Of a stretch of 64,000 bases of DNA, positions 1 through 11,182 are shown piece after piece; the stretch's first letter is position 1, and each line of letters opens with the position of its first letter. The notes beneath the pieces are model-generated. The model saw only the letters and a program-made list of their open reading frames with translations, made no database searches and was not told the origin of the DNA. Source of the DNA: Bacteroidota bacterium (GTDB taxonomy: Bacteria; Bacteroidota; Bacteroidia; Chitinophagales; Chitinophagaceae); the NCBI GenBank assembly GCA_947452905.1, contig CANGEP010000008.1, positions 18,638 to 82,637 of the forward strand, in the 5' to 3' direction. Both the position numbers and the translations under genes were made by a program.

Positions 1-416
1 CTAATAACTGCTGCATATTCTGGCTCACTGTTTTTTATTTCAATGTTTTTATCGTTAGGAGTGGGTAGTTTATTTGAATTATATTTTTCGGGCATCACAA
101 AACTCATGCTAGAGCCTTTGTCGGTCATATTCATTCGCACTGGAGCTGTCATAGAAATACTTTCTTTTTGCTCATTGCCTCCAAAAATAAAACCTGCTAA
201 TTTTCTAAAGCCATTATTAGCTATTCCCTTATAATTGGTAGCATTGGAATACACTGTAGCCATTGTGGCACTTGGATAAAAGCGCAGTTCAAAATCGGCA
301 TCTTTAAATACCAATCTAAATTTTTGTTTTTCGGTTTTTAAGGCACTCACACTAATAAATGATTGAAAAATAAAATAAATTCCTATTAAAGCTGCAGCTA
401 TTAGAACAGTTTTCAT
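1..416 (-). CDS. SOUL family heme-binding protein (3' end runs off the window; not in the ORF track)
   Basis: Manual translation from ATG at 416: MKTVLIAAALIGIYFIFQSF...FELRFYPSATMA...GFRKLAGFIFGGNEQKESISMTAPVRM...MSFVMP. FRxLAGFIFGGN and ISMTAPV are SOUL motifs; hydrophobic N-terminus. Confidence 0.85.
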   Translation of the reverse strand, partial: MKTVLIAAALIGIYFIFQSFISVSALKTEKQKFRLVFKDADFELRFYPSATMATVYSNATNYKGIANNGFRKLAGFIFGGNEQKESISMTAPVRMNMTDKGSSMSFVMPEKYNSNKLPTPNDKNIEIKNSEPEYAAVI

Positions 417-472
417 AACAATGTTTAGGTAATAACAATTAATAGTCATGAATTGTTCAGCAGTTCATTAAA

Positions 473-1225
473 CTATCTTGCCACCAATCCCCCATCCATT
501 ACCAAATCTGCTCCTGTCATAAAAGAGGATTCATCGGATGCTAAAAACAAAGCCCCCGTGGCAATCTCAATTGGATCGGCCATACGTCCCTGAGGGGACA
601 TTTGCTTAATCAACTCTTCCATCCCTGTTGCTTTCATTAAACCCTCTGTCATGGGAGTTAAAACGCCCCCAGGACAAATGGTATTTACTCTAATCTTATC
701 CTTGGCAAGGGTAACCGCCAAATCTTTGCTAAATAAAACTAAACCGCCTTTTGAGGCCGAATAGGCTGAACCATTACCCCCTACCACCCCAGCGATAGAA
801 GCTACATTTATAATAGAACCACCTCCCGATAATCTTAAATAGGGAATACAAATTTTACACCCTATGAATGGGCCTGTTAAATTGACGGCTAAGATGTTTC
901 CCCATAATTCAATGCTTGTGTTTTCACAATCAACAAATCCAGGATAAATACCTGCATTATTCACCAAGATATCAAGTCGACCGAATAATTGCATGGCTTT
1001 ATCAGCAACTTTTTTCCAATCTGATTCACTAGTAACATGATGTTTCATATATTCTATTTCCAGTCCTTCTGCTCTCGCCGCTGTAACCCAAATTTTTAAC
1101 TTCTCTTCATTAGAATCGGTAGCTATTACCTTAGCCCCCTCTTTGGCAAAAAGTTTGGCTTCGACTGCACCCATGCCCCCAGCAGCTCCTGTTACAATTG
1201 CTACTTTATCTGATAAACGTTTCAT
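473..1225 (-). CDS. SDR family oxidoreductase (3-alpha,20-beta-HSD/cyclopentanol dehydrogenase-like)
   Basis: TGAAGGMG Rossmann motif, NNAG, YSASK catalytic motif, FMTGADLVMDGG C-terminus. Confidence 0.9.
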   Translation of the reverse strand: MKRLSDKVAIVTGAAGGMGAVEAKLFAKEGAKVIATDSNEEKLKIWVTAARAEGLEIEYMKHHVTSESDWKKVADKAMQLFGRLDILVNNAGIYPGFVDCENTSIELWGNILAVNLTGPFIGCKICIPYLRLSGGGSIINVASIAGVVGGNGSAYSASKGGLVLFSKDLAVTLAKDKIRVNTICPGGVLTPMTEGLMKATGMEELIKQMSPQGRMADPIEIATGALFLASDESSFMTGADLVMDGGLVAR

Positions 1226-1346
1226 GACATTAATTTGTAAACAAGGTAGGCTTGTTGGTTGCTAAATGGAATGACAATTATCATTTTTATGAATCATTCA
1301 TAATAATTAGACTTTAGCCTAATTAAAAATATATTACATTTAGTAT

Positions 1347-2204
1347 ATGCAAACGAAGCCTATGAAACCAAATGCTTTTACACCCGAACAAATTGCACAA
1401 TACCTTAGTGATGGTTTTATTATTGTTAAAAAATTTTGTAGCCAAGAGGAGATTGAAAAAATGTATAGCATTGCTCTTGCTGATGATGCTATGGCTAAAA
1501 ATGCCTTAGACTTAAATGATCAAACTGGTAAAAAAACAAAACTTTCATTATGGTTTACGCCAGGTAATGATATTTTCGGTTATCTCACAAGAAGTGAAAG
1601 AATGGTAAACAGAGTAGCGCAAGTTTTGGATAGTACAGCACCTGTTTGTCATTTTCATTCCAAGCTAATGCAAAAAGAACCAAAAGTAGGTGGTGCTTGG
1701 GAATGGCATCAGGATTATGGCTACTGGTATAAAAATCAGTTTATGTTCCCCGACCAATTAGTAAGTGTGATGGTGGCTTTAACACCTGCAAACAAACAAA
1801 ATGGTTGCATTCAAGTTATAAAAGGTTCTCATAAATTAGGTAGGGTAAATCATGGTTTTGCTGGAGAACAAGTGGGTGCAGATATGACCATGGTAAACAA
1901 TGCATTAGCAACCATGGAACTCGTATATGTAGAAATTGAAGCGGGAGATGCTCTATTTTTTCATAGCAATATCTTACACCGATCCGAAGCCAATACTTCT
2001 GATAAACCCAGATGGTCGATTATCTCCTGTTACAATGCACAAAGTAATTTAGCGTATAACGAAATATCTACTTCCTGGAAAGACCCCATTCAAGTAGTGC
2101 CCGATGAAGCCATCCTTGAATGGAAATATGATAGCTTAGGTGGTGCCGATTTTTTAAAAAAAGAAAACGACCCTGCCCTAAAAGAAACCGGTTGGGAAAA
2201 ATAA
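1347..2204 (+). CDS. Phytanoyl-CoA dioxygenase (PhyH) family Fe(II)/2-oxoglutarate dioxygenase
   Basis: WHQD (HxD), distal H in LFFHSNILHRS, conserved R in KPRWS. The start may be 1362. Confidence 0.85.
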   Translation: MQTKPMKPNAFTPEQIAQYLSDGFIIVKKFCSQEEIEKMYSIALADDAMAKNALDLNDQTGKKTKLSLWFTPGNDIFGYLTRSERMVNRVAQVLDSTAPVCHFHSKLMQKEPKVGGAWEWHQDYGYWYKNQFMFPDQLVSVMVALTPANKQNGCIQVIKGSHKLGRVNHGFAGEQVGADMTMVNNALATMELVYVEIEAGDALFFHSNILHRSEANTSDKPRWSIISCYNAQSNLAYNEISTSWKDPIQVVPDEAILEWKYDSLGGADFLKKENDPALKETGWEK

Positions 2205-2211
2205 AATTGCC

Positions 2212-4557
2212 CTATTTGCAATTAGCAGCTATATAAGTATCTACCCCTGGATAGTTTTTCTTTTTTGCATCTGCAAGTGCTGCACATACCAATTCTTTTT
2301 TACCTAGCGCAATTAAAGCCATAGCTTTAAAAAAGGAGGATTTACCCGATGTATTAGCGGAAAACTGATTAGCTCTATCAAAATAAGCTAAACACTTTTC
2401 ATAATTTTTATTAGAGTAAAAACATATACCTATATTTTCAAAATGAGTAAAATTATTAGGCTCCTCTTCGCTAGCTTTAATATAATAATTGGCCGCTGCC
2501 GCAAAATTTCCTTTTTGAAAAGCTTGCACTCCTTTGGCTGAATTTTGATTTATATTGGCCACACCTGCTGCCGCTGCCGCTCCCGCTGTTCCTCTGCCTA
2601 TGATGTTTCTAGTGCTTGCTAATAATGCAGAATCACTAGGGAATTTTTTTACTGCAGTATCTAATAAATCAATCATTCTTTTATCGGCACCTCCTTTTAC
2701 TTCATAGAGTGCTAATAAATATTGATGATAGGCTTCACCACCCGTTCGATATTTATTGTATAAATTAAAGGCTTTATTAATTTCTACGGTATCTCTTTTT
2801 TTAGCTGCGGCAAAAAGTGCATTTTTATAATAACTAGTTGCACGAGGCCAATTATAAAAAGCTTTATAGGCAAAATAAGCAGTACTGTCATAATTTTGCT
2901 TAGCAGCATATATAGCAGTTCTAATAAAATCATTATAATGCAAATAAGGATTATCATTTTCGCTCTCCTTTAATAATCGTAATGCCTCCTCATAATGTTT
3001 ATCTCTAAATTGATACCTTGCCACTAAGGCTTTAATAGGTAAAGTAGAGGTAGATAAATTAGGATATTCAGGAAAAGCAGATTCAACATCTGCCAATGCC
3101 ATTTTAGGATCGGCGTCAATTTCCCCCATCACAAATCTTTGTACTTTTAAAGATTCGTATACTTGTTTATTAACATTTATAGAATATCCAATTAATCCAA
3201 GTCCCATTATAAAATAAATAGGCGGCATGATTTTTACAATCTTTCCCAAAGGCTTTGAGCTAGTAGGCAATAAATAAGCCGGCGCAAAAATGAGCGCTGC
3301 CGATAATGTAAGCATAGTTTGCATCGAAGTACGCTCGGTAGGAAAATTTAAAAAAGCATCTACAAAATAACAGGTTAAAGCCATAAAGGAAATAGTAGCA
3401 AAAAAACGATACTCCTTATATTCCTTTTTAAACCAAAGTTGTAGGGTGAAAATAAAAGCTAGGACAAAAAGTCCTAAAAAAGCCGCACCACCTATAATAC
3501 CTAAATCCGCCGCAGCTTCGATAAAATCGTTATGGGAATGATAAGGCACAAACAAATCGTTGGTAAATTCTTTCTCGTAAGGGATAGAGGCTAATTTCCA
3601 GTTACCATAGCCATCCCCAATAAAGGGGTGTTTAGAGAAATAATCGAGGCCTGCTTGCCAAAGATGTAGTCGACTACTTTTTTCACTCGCTACGGTAATA
3701 TCACCGATTCTTTTAGTAACAGTACCATACCCTCCCTGTGACTCCTGCATTTTAATAGCATTACCTAAAACCAAGTTGGCACAAAAGAAAGCCATTACAA
3801 CAGGCAATATAAAAGATCCTAATTGTAAAGCAATTTTATTTTTTTCGTCTTTGTATCTGTAATAAATAGTAGTAACAGAAAAAATTATCATGATTAAAAG
3901 CAAACCCACATAAGTAGATCTTGTATTTAAAACAAATAAAGCAAAGACACCTATAAAAATAGAAACTAGTCCAAAAATACGTCCTGCTAATTTTGATCTT
4001 AAGGCAACAAAAAGCGCAAAGGGGACTTTTATTAATAAGCTTGCTGCCATTACGTTTTTATTGCCATTGTTCCCCATTAAGCTAATAATATTCTGATCTA
4101 AATTCATGGTATATACATTATTGGAAAAACCTACCAATACTTGTAAACTATCATACAACAAAACCAGGGTAATTAAAACAGAGACTGGCATATAATACGA
4201 CTTAATATCTTTTTGATATAAAAGAATAGCCATATTCGTAAAAATAAAAAAGGTACTCACTAAACGAGCTAAACAAACTATAGCTTCCGTAACATTGATG
4301 GCATAGGAAACAGAAGCTAAAGCCCAAATAAAATATAAAGTATAGAGCAGGGTAAATTTGTGACTAAAAACGGCAGCTATAGCTTCGGCATATTTTGCAC
4401 GATTCCAAATGATAATTCCTAGTACTAAAAAATCCAAGATACTTGTATATAACCATTGCGCACCCATCACATCGGCACCCCCTAAATCGGGCACAAAATG
4501 GACTATTAAATAAAGGGCTGCAATAACTATTAATAAAGGGCTGGACTGGTTTTTCAT
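2212..4557 (-). CDS. O-antigen ligase (Wzy_C/WaaL)-like membrane protein with C-terminal TPR repeats
   Basis: Many TM segments, LNTRSTYVG, HPFIGDGYGNW and HSHNDFIE motifs; the helical C-terminus has TPR-like segments (FENIGICFYSNKNYEKCLAYFDRA). Confidence 0.8.
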   Translation of the reverse strand: MKNQSSPLLIVIAALYLIVHFVPDLGGADVMGAQWLYTSILDFLVLGIIIWNRAKYAEAIAAVFSHKFTLLYTLYFIWALASVSYAINVTEAIVCLARLVSTFFIFTNMAILLYQKDIKSYYMPVSVLITLVLLYDSLQVLVGFSNNVYTMNLDQNIISLMGNNGNKNVMAASLLIKVPFALFVALRSKLAGRIFGLVSIFIGVFALFVLNTRSTYVGLLLIMIIFSVTTIYYRYKDEKNKIALQLGSFILPVVMAFFCANLVLGNAIKMQESQGGYGTVTKRIGDITVASEKSSRLHLWQAGLDYFSKHPFIGDGYGNWKLASIPYEKEFTNDLFVPYHSHNDFIEAAADLGIIGGAAFLGLFVLAFIFTLQLWFKKEYKEYRFFATISFMALTCYFVDAFLNFPTERTSMQTMLTLSAALIFAPAYLLPTSSKPLGKIVKIMPPIYFIMGLGLIGYSINVNKQVYESLKVQRFVMGEIDADPKMALADVESAFPEYPNLSTSTLPIKALVARYQFRDKHYEEALRLLKESENDNPYLHYNDFIRTAIYAAKQNYDSTAYFAYKAFYNWPRATSYYKNALFAAAKKRDTVEINKAFNLYNKYRTGGEAYHQYLLALYEVKGGADKRMIDLLDTAVKKFPSDSALLASTRNIIGRGTAGAAAAAGVANINQNSAKGVQAFQKGNFAAAANYYIKASEEEPNNFTHFENIGICFYSNKNYEKCLAYFDRANQFSANTSGKSSFFKAMALIALGKKELVCAALADAKKKNYPGVDTYIAANCK

Positions 4558-4587
4558 AGGATAAATTTAATATATTTATCTTTAACT

Positions 4588-5319
4588 ATGTGTTACGTTA
4601 TTGGCATAAAAATTCCTAAAAAGCAAACCATTAAGATAGGCGATAAAAATATCGACCTAGACCCTATCGATATTCCACTACAATCAGGTTTTTCTTATCA
4701 AAATTGGCCTGTGGTGTATAATGAAACTACAAGACAAGAATCCATAACAAGACCAGGTCTTATGCATTGGGAACTTATCCCTAATTGGGTTAGAAATAAA
4801 AAAGAGTTATCGGAATCAAGAAAAAAATATACCACCCTAAACATAAAAGGAGAATCTATTTTAACCAATAAAGTAGCACAGGCAGTAATACATACTAATC
4901 GTTGCTTGGTGTTAGCCTCCCATTTTTTTGAATGGCAGCAGATAGAAAAAGAAAAGTATCCATATTTTATTAATATCCCAACTCAGCCCTTGTTTTTTAT
5001 AGCAGGAGTTTGGAATACTTGGAAAGATTTTAGCAGCGGAGAATTGATAAATAGTTTTGGAATAATTACAACAGAAGCCAATCATTTGATGAGTAAAATT
5101 CACAATGTAAAAAAGAGAATGCCCACCATACTTAACGAAGATTTGGCCACAACATGGTTAGAGGAAACATTAAGTCCTCATCAAATTGAACAGATAGCAA
5201 CCCATCAATTTGACAGTGAAAAAATGCAAGGCTATACAGTTGCGAAAAATTTTCAACAATCACAAAATCCAACTGAGAAAACAGCGTATCAAATTTTTAC
5301 ACCACAAAGTTTGTTTTAG
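4588..5319 (+). CDS. SOS response-associated peptidase (SRAP/HMCES/YedK family; abasic-site cross-linking protein)
   Basis: N-terminal Met-Cys, RCLVLASHFFEW, IITTEAN, IHNVKKRMP motifs. Confidence 0.88.
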   Translation: MCYVIGIKIPKKQTIKIGDKNIDLDPIDIPLQSGFSYQNWPVVYNETTRQESITRPGLMHWELIPNWVRNKKELSESRKKYTTLNIKGESILTNKVAQAVIHTNRCLVLASHFFEWQQIEKEKYPYFINIPTQPLFFIAGVWNTWKDFSSGELINSFGIITTEANHLMSKIHNVKKRMPTILNEDLATTWLEETLSPHQIEQIATHQFDSEKMQGYTVAKNFQQSQNPTEKTAYQIFTPQSLF

Positions 5320-5331
5320 CCCAATCGCTAT

Positions 5332-6735
5332 TTATTGAAGTATAAAAGTTTCATGCATCTCTGGTACAATTACTTCTTTAAACCCTTTCTTGCGTAATCT
5401 TTCGGCAAAATGATCTTGCACTTCGGCCTCCCCATGCACTACAAAAATTTGACTCACAAGTTCGGGCGTTTGACAGGCCAAAAATTGCATTAAATCCTCG
5501 TAATCCCCATGTGCACTCATGCTTCTGATAGAGCCTACTTTAGCTATAACCGAATACAATTCGCTATATATTTTAACTTCCTTTTGTCCATTTTGCAAAC
5601 GCCCCCCTAAGGAATGTGGCTCGCAATAGCCTACTAGCAAGATGGCAGATTTAGGATTTTCAATATTGTTTTTAATATGATGCTTTACTCTTCCAGCATC
5701 GGCCATTCCAGAAGCAGATATAATTACTTTAGGATGCAAATCCTCATTTAAAGCCTTGCTCTCATCCACCGATTTAATGTAACGTAGCCCTTCAAAATCA
5801 AATGGATCGTCATCAACTTCTAAAATGTGTTGGATCTTTTTATTAAAATATTTAGGAAATTTTTTAATAACCTCAGTGGCTTCAATACTGAGAGGGCTAT
5901 CTACATAAATAGGCACATGAGGTAAACGTTTTTCCAAAGACAACTGATTAAGTTCATATAATATTTCTTGGGTACGCCCTACACTAAAAGCAGGAATGAT
6001 TAAATTTCCTTTTTGCTCTATACAAATTTCTTGAATCCACTTTAACAAATCATCGGGTGTGGTATGAATGAGGTCATGCAATTTATCGCCATAAGTGCTT
6101 TCAATAATAATAAAATCGGCAGGAGGAAAAACGGCAGGCGATCTTAATATCATATCTCGATACCTTCCAATATCACCACTAAAAGTGAGTGTTTTTGTTT
6201 GGACGCCTTCTTTAATTTTTAAATTCACCGCTGCACTTCCAATTATGTGCCCTGCGTCGGTATATAACAACTCAACAGAAGACGAAATTTGGGTAGGTTT
6301 ATTATATTCCACTACGGTTAATAAAGGGATGGTTAAATTAACATCGTCTAAATCGTATAAAGGATCAATGGGAGGCAATCCTTGCTTAGCTCTACGCTTA
6401 TTGCCAAACTTTGCATCATCACGCTGAATCATGGCAGAGTCATTTAATAATATCTCAGTTAAATCGCGGGTAGCAGGAGTACAATAAATTTTCCCTTTAA
6501 ATCCTTCCTTTACTAATTTAGGTAGCAAACCAGAATGATCGATATGTGCGTGTGATAAAATAACATAGTCTACTTTGGTAGGATCAAATCCAAATACTGC
6601 ATTTAAACTATCCGTATCTCGTCCCATTCCCTGAAACAATCCGCAGTCTAGTAAAAAGCATTCCCCATTTTCTAATTCTACTAAATGCTTGGACCCTGTA
6701 ACTGTGCGTGCTGCACCATGAAAACTTACTTTCAT
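5332..6735 (-). CDS. MBL-fold beta-CASP metallo-hydrolase/ribonuclease
   Basis: HAHIDHSG, AGHIIGS, ESTYG, PAFSVGRTQE, SAHGD and VHGE motifs. Confidence 0.9.
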   Translation of the reverse strand: MKVSFHGAARTVTGSKHLVELENGECFLLDCGLFQGMGRDTDSLNAVFGFDPTKVDYVILSHAHIDHSGLLPKLVKEGFKGKIYCTPATRDLTEILLNDSAMIQRDDAKFGNKRRAKQGLPPIDPLYDLDDVNLTIPLLTVVEYNKPTQISSSVELLYTDAGHIIGSAAVNLKIKEGVQTKTLTFSGDIGRYRDMILRSPAVFPPADFIIIESTYGDKLHDLIHTTPDDLLKWIQEICIEQKGNLIIPAFSVGRTQEILYELNQLSLEKRLPHVPIYVDSPLSIEATEVIKKFPKYFNKKIQHILEVDDDPFDFEGLRYIKSVDESKALNEDLHPKVIISASGMADAGRVKHHIKNNIENPKSAILLVGYCEPHSLGGRLQNGQKEVKIYSELYSVIAKVGSIRSMSAHGDYEDLMQFLACQTPELVSQIFVVHGEAEVQDHFAERLRKKGFKEVIVPEMHETFILQ

Positions 6736-6764
6736 TATAAAAATTTATACTACTAAGTTACCAA

Positions 6765-7502
6765 TTATAATGCAAGTGCTGCCACCAAATAATCGGCTAC
6801 TAAAATAAGTATACAACTCACCACCACTGATTGAGTTCCTGCTTTACCAATTTCCAAAGCACCGCCTTTTACGTAGTAACCAAAATAAGCGGGGACCGTA
6901 CTTACAATAAAAGAAAATATAAATGATTTGTAAAAAGCAATGGTAATATAATGAGTATCTAACCCTTTTCTAATACCGGTTATAAAAACTTCATTGGGCA
7001 CAGAACCAGTCCATCCACCCACTAAATAGCCACCCCAAATTCCAATGACTGCAGAGATACCTACTAATAAAGGCACCACCGTAAAAGCGCCTAAAATCTT
7101 TGGCAAGATTAAATAGTTCTTAGTATTAATACCCATGATTTCGATAGAGTCTATTTGCTCAGACAAACGCATATTTCCTAATTCACTGGCGATCTTACTA
7201 CCCACCACCCCTGCAAGCACAATACATAAAAAAGTGGGCGCGAATTCAAGTATCATGCCATCACGAACTATAATACCAATAGTAGATAGAGGAATCATGG
7301 GGTTTACTAATTGTGCTGCAGTTTGCACTGTCATTACCGCCCCTAAAAAAAATGAGATGATAACTACAATAGGCAAAGAGCCAATACCAATGTCGACACA
7401 TTGTTTGATATACTCCTTCCAAAACATTCGATTGTTTTCGGCACGCACAAACATGCCTTTAAGCATGATGAGATATTTACCAAAATGAGTGAACACATTC
7501 AT
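6765..7502 (-). CDS. mlaE: MlaE family ABC transporter permease
   Basis: IASELGNMRLSEQIDSIEIMGIN motif; multiple TM helices. Confidence 0.85.
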   Translation of the reverse strand: MNVFTHFGKYLIMLKGMFVRAENNRMFWKEYIKQCVDIGIGSLPIVVIISFFLGAVMTVQTAAQLVNPMIPLSTIGIIVRDGMILEFAPTFLCIVLAGVVGSKIASELGNMRLSEQIDSIEIMGINTKNYLILPKILGAFTVVPLLVGISAVIGIWGGYLVGGWTGSVPNEVFITGIRKGLDTHYITIAFYKSFIFSFIVSTVPAYFGYYVKGGALEIGKAGTQSVVVSCILILVADYLVAALAL

Positions 7503-7516
7503 GCCCTAAAATTAGG

Positions 7517-9859
7517 CTATTTCTTTCTCTTTTTCATACGCTTCCACCAGCTGGTTCTTTCCACTTCGGTTGCAGTATCAATTCTTGTCTTTAACTGCGC
7601 ATCTACTACCGATACGGTTGCCATATTGATTATATTACGCACATCCGAACCTAATTGCAATACGTTCACTGGTTTTTTCAAACCTAATAAAATAGGACCA
7701 ATAATATCAACACCCCCTACTTCTTTTAATAAATGATAAGATATATTACCAGCAGTAAGATTGGGGAAAATTAAAACGTTTACTTCGGCATCCACTAAAT
7801 CGCTAAATGGATAGTTCTCTCTTAAAATTTCTTTATTAAATGCTAGCATCCCTTGCATTTCGCCATCCACAATTAAATTAGGATTTTTTTGCTTTACAAT
7901 TTTTGTAGCTTCCGCCATTTTTCTTGCTTCTTCAGTATCACTACTTCCAAAATTTGAATAGGAAAGCATCGCCACTCTTGGCACCATATTAAAATTTCGC
8001 ACTTCTTTAGCAACAAGTAAAGTGATATCTGCTATCTCTTCGGCCGTTGGATTAATGTTAACAGTAGTATCCGCTAAAAACAAAGGGCCTTTTTTGGTAA
8101 GCAGCAAATACATACCTGCAATTTTGCTAGCCCCTTCTTCTACACCAATGGTTTGAAGCGCAGGTTTAATACCATCGGCATAATTACGTGTTAAACCCGA
8201 CAACATAGCATCTGCCTCACCAGTCTCCACCATCATCGCACCAAAATAATTTTGAGTACGCATTAATTTTAAGCTCTCATATTTATTAACACCCTTACGT
8301 TGTCTTTTTTGGAATAATAAAGAACCAAAAAAATCACGCTTGGCTTCCATTTCATCACTACGAACATCTATAATAGGTAAATCACTAATATCAATATTAT
8401 TGGCTTCGGCTATATTTTTAATTCTTGTTTCATTGCCTAATAAAATGGGGTAAGCAATACCATCATCGTACACAATACTGGCTGCTTTTAAAATTTTTGT
8501 ATTCTCTGCATCCGCAAACACCAAGCGTTTTGGATCACGTCTGGCCTTATTGCTTAATATGCGCATTAACTGATTATCTAAGCCTAAACGTTTATTTAAT
8601 TGTAACACATAATTATCCCAATTACCAATGGGTTGTTGTGCCACACCAGATTCCATTGCTGCTTTGGCCACGGCTGGTGCAAGCGTACTTAATAATCTTG
8701 GATCGAGTGGTTTAGGAATTATATACTCAGAACCAAAACATAAATTTTGTTGATTATACGCCATGTTTACAATATCAGGCACCGATGTTTTAGCTAGCTC
8801 CGCCAACGCTTTTACTGCAGCTAATTTCATGGCTTCGTTAATTTGTTTGGCACGCACATCTAAAGCTCCTCTAAAAATATAAGGGAACCCTAAAACATTA
8901 TTTACTTGATTTGGGAAATCGGTACGACCTGTTGCCATGATAATATCTTTACGCGTAGCTGTAGCAGTATCATAAGCAATCTCAGGATCAGGATTTGCAA
9001 GCGCAAATACAATTGGATTTTTAGGCATAGAAGCCACCATCTCGGCAGTTACTACATTACCCACACTTAATCCCAAAAACACATCGGCTGTTTTAAATAC
9101 TTGATCCAAAGTAACAGTCGAAGATTTAATAGCAAAGGGCTTACGATCTTCCCCTAAATCCGTACGGCCTTGATGCAAAACGCCATCCTTATCAAACAAA
9201 GTAAAGTTTTCATATTTGGCACCTAAGGCTACATATAATTTAATACAAGCCATAGCGGCAGCACCCGCTCCATTCACCACAAACTTTGCTTTATCAATTT
9301 TCTTTTTTTGTAATTCTAAGGCATTTAATAATGCAGCACTACTAATAATGGCTGTTCCGTGTTGGTCATCATGCATGACCGGAATATTCATCTGTTCTTT
9401 TAACTTTTGCTCGATATAAAAACATTCGGGTGCTTTAATATCTTCTAAATTAATTCCTCCAAAAGTGGGCTCTAATGATTTTACAATTTGAACAAATTTA
9501 TCAGGATCGGTTTCGTTAATCTCAATATCAAAAACATCAATGTCGGCAAAGATTTTAAAAAGTACTGCCTTCCCTTCCATTACTGGTTTACTGGCTTCGG
9601 GTCCAATATTACCTAAACCTAAAACAGCTGTTCCATTCGTAATCACCCCAACTAAGTTTCCTTTAGCAGTGTATTTATAAACATCCGAAGGATTGTTTTT
9701 AATTTCCGTACAAGGGATGGCTACACCAGGACTATACGCTAAGGATAAATCTTTTTGAGTTTTGGTTTCTTTAGTAGGTATTACTTCAATTTTTCCAGGA
9801 CGTCCCCCGGAATGGTATTCAAGGGCTTGGTCTTTTCTAAGATTATCTTTATTAGACAT
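7517..9859 (-). CDS. maeB: NADP-dependent malic enzyme with phosphotransacetylase-like C-terminal domain
   Basis: [43 protein letters not shown]; PTA-like C-terminal half. Confidence 0.95.
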   Translation of the reverse strand: MSNKDNLRKDQALEYHSGGRPGKIEVIPTKETKTQKDLSLAYSPGVAIPCTEIKNNPSDVYKYTAKGNLVGVITNGTAVLGLGNIGPEASKPVMEGKAVLFKIFADIDVFDIEINETDPDKFVQIVKSLEPTFGGINLEDIKAPECFYIEQKLKEQMNIPVMHDDQHGTAIISSAALLNALELQKKKIDKAKFVVNGAGAAAMACIKLYVALGAKYENFTLFDKDGVLHQGRTDLGEDRKPFAIKSSTVTLDQVFKTADVFLGLSVGNVVTAEMVASMPKNPIVFALANPDPEIAYDTATATRKDIIMATGRTDFPNQVNNVLGFPYIFRGALDVRAKQINEAMKLAAVKALAELAKTSVPDIVNMAYNQQNLCFGSEYIIPKPLDPRLLSTLAPAVAKAAMESGVAQQPIGNWDNYVLQLNKRLGLDNQLMRILSNKARRDPKRLVFADAENTKILKAASIVYDDGIAYPILLGNETRIKNIAEANNIDISDLPIIDVRSDEMEAKRDFFGSLLFQKRQRKGVNKYESLKLMRTQNYFGAMMVETGEADAMLSGLTRNYADGIKPALQTIGVEEGASKIAGMYLLLTKKGPLFLADTTVNINPTAEEIADITLLVAKEVRNFNMVPRVAMLSYSNFGSSDTEEARKMAEATKIVKQKNPNLIVDGEMQGMLAFNKEILRENYPFSDLVDAEVNVLIFPNLTAGNISYHLLKEVGGVDIIGPILLGLKKPVNVLQLGSDVRNIINMATVSVVDAQLKTRIDTATEVERTSWWKRMKKRKK

Positions 9860-9957
9860 GCAATTAATTTAACGAATGTTAGTTTTAAGAGATTACAAAT
9901 CTACTGAATTAATACAAAATGCATTTTTTGAAAACTAAATGATTGATTTTCAGTAAA

Positions 9958-11139
9958 CTAAGAATATAATTTTGTTCCCAACCAAGCCATCATACCCACC
10001 CCATGGGCGATGGCATCTTCGTCAACTTTAAAGTTAGGGGTATGTACATTATGTATGGCATCCTTAGATTCGTTTCTTACACCTAATCTAAAAAAGCAAC
10101 CAGGAATTACTTGAGAATAATAACCAAAATCCTCGGCGCCCATTCTAAGTTCGGTTTCCTCAACATTATTAGCCCCCATATATTCATCCGCTAGTTTCCA
10201 AGCAGCTTCGGTAATTACGAGTTCATTGTCCACTGTAGGATAACCAACATCTACCCTAAAATCTATTTCGGCACCTGTGGCTAAAGATAATCCTTTAGCT
10301 TGTTGCAGCATTAATTCATGTGCTTTAAAACGCCACTGTTCGTCCATTGCTCTAAAGGTACCCATCAACTTAACCTCACTCGGAATAACATTAGTGGTAT
10401 TTCCTCCATGCACCGAACATATAGAAAGTACAGATGGATTTTGTGGATTACGATTACGAGAAATAATAGTTTGCAAACTAGTAATTAATTGAGCAGCCAC
10501 TAAAACAGTATCCACCGTTTGATGAGGTGTAGCAGCATGCCCACCTGGCCCTTTGATTGAAATATATAATTCATCGGCACTTGCCATTACTCTCCCTTTT
10601 CTAAAACTTAATTTACCAAAGGGCAAACCTGGATGGACGTGTAATCCAATGATACCTTGTGGTGTAGGATTTTGTAAAGCCCCATCACGAATCATATAAC
10701 TGGCACCACCTGGATTTTTTTCTTCTCCAGGTTGGAATAATAATTTTATAGTTCCCTCGAACTCCTCTCTCAAAGTCCATAGTATTTTAGCTGCTCCTAA
10801 TAAAATGGTAGTGTGCACATCGTGACCACAAGCATGCATTACTCCTTCATTTTTAGATTTATACTCCACTTCATTTTCTTCTAAAATAGGAAGCGCATCC
10901 ATATCGGCTCGAAGAGCGATCACTCTTTTTGTAGGATTTTTTCCTTCGATAATACCTAAGACACCTGTAGTGGCAATAACAGAAAAAGGAATACCAATTT
11001 CGGTTAATTTAGCTTGCACGTATTTACAAGTTTCAAATTCTTGATAACTTAATTCTGGATTTGCATGCAGATGACGACGTGTAGCAATGTTTTCGGATTG
11101 CCCAGCTGCTGCTAATGATTTTATTTTTTCTAGTAACAT
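9958..11139 (-). CDS. M20 family amidohydrolase
   Basis: RRHLHANPELS, RADMDALP, MHACGHD, FQPGEE, AEDF motifs. Confidence 0.9.
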   Translation of the reverse strand: MLLEKIKSLAAAGQSENIATRRHLHANPELSYQEFETCKYVQAKLTEIGIPFSVIATTGVLGIIEGKNPTKRVIALRADMDALPILEENEVEYKSKNEGVMHACGHDVHTTILLGAAKILWTLREEFEGTIKLLFQPGEEKNPGGASYMIRDGALQNPTPQGIIGLHVHPGLPFGKLSFRKGRVMASADELYISIKGPGGHAATPHQTVDTVLVAAQLITSLQTIISRNRNPQNPSVLSICSVHGGNTTNVIPSEVKLMGTFRAMDEQWRFKAHELMLQQAKGLSLATGAEIDFRVDVGYPTVDNELVITEAAWKLADEYMGANNVEETELRMGAEDFGYYSQVIPGCFFRLGVRNESKDAIHNVHTPNFKVDEDAIAHGVGMMAWLGTKLYS

Positions 11140-11182
11140 AGTAGTAAACGAAAATTAAATAGTGCTTTATTAAAGTTACTTA

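Noticed and set aside
43-234. 63-aa plus-strand ORF from the track
   Set aside because: It is antisense to the SOUL heme-binding gene (1-416, minus), which has clear family motifs.
2566-2590. GCTGCC-type short tandem repeat
   Set aside because: It encodes an in-frame Ala/Gly linker in the ligase-TPR protein; too short and imperfect for phase variation.
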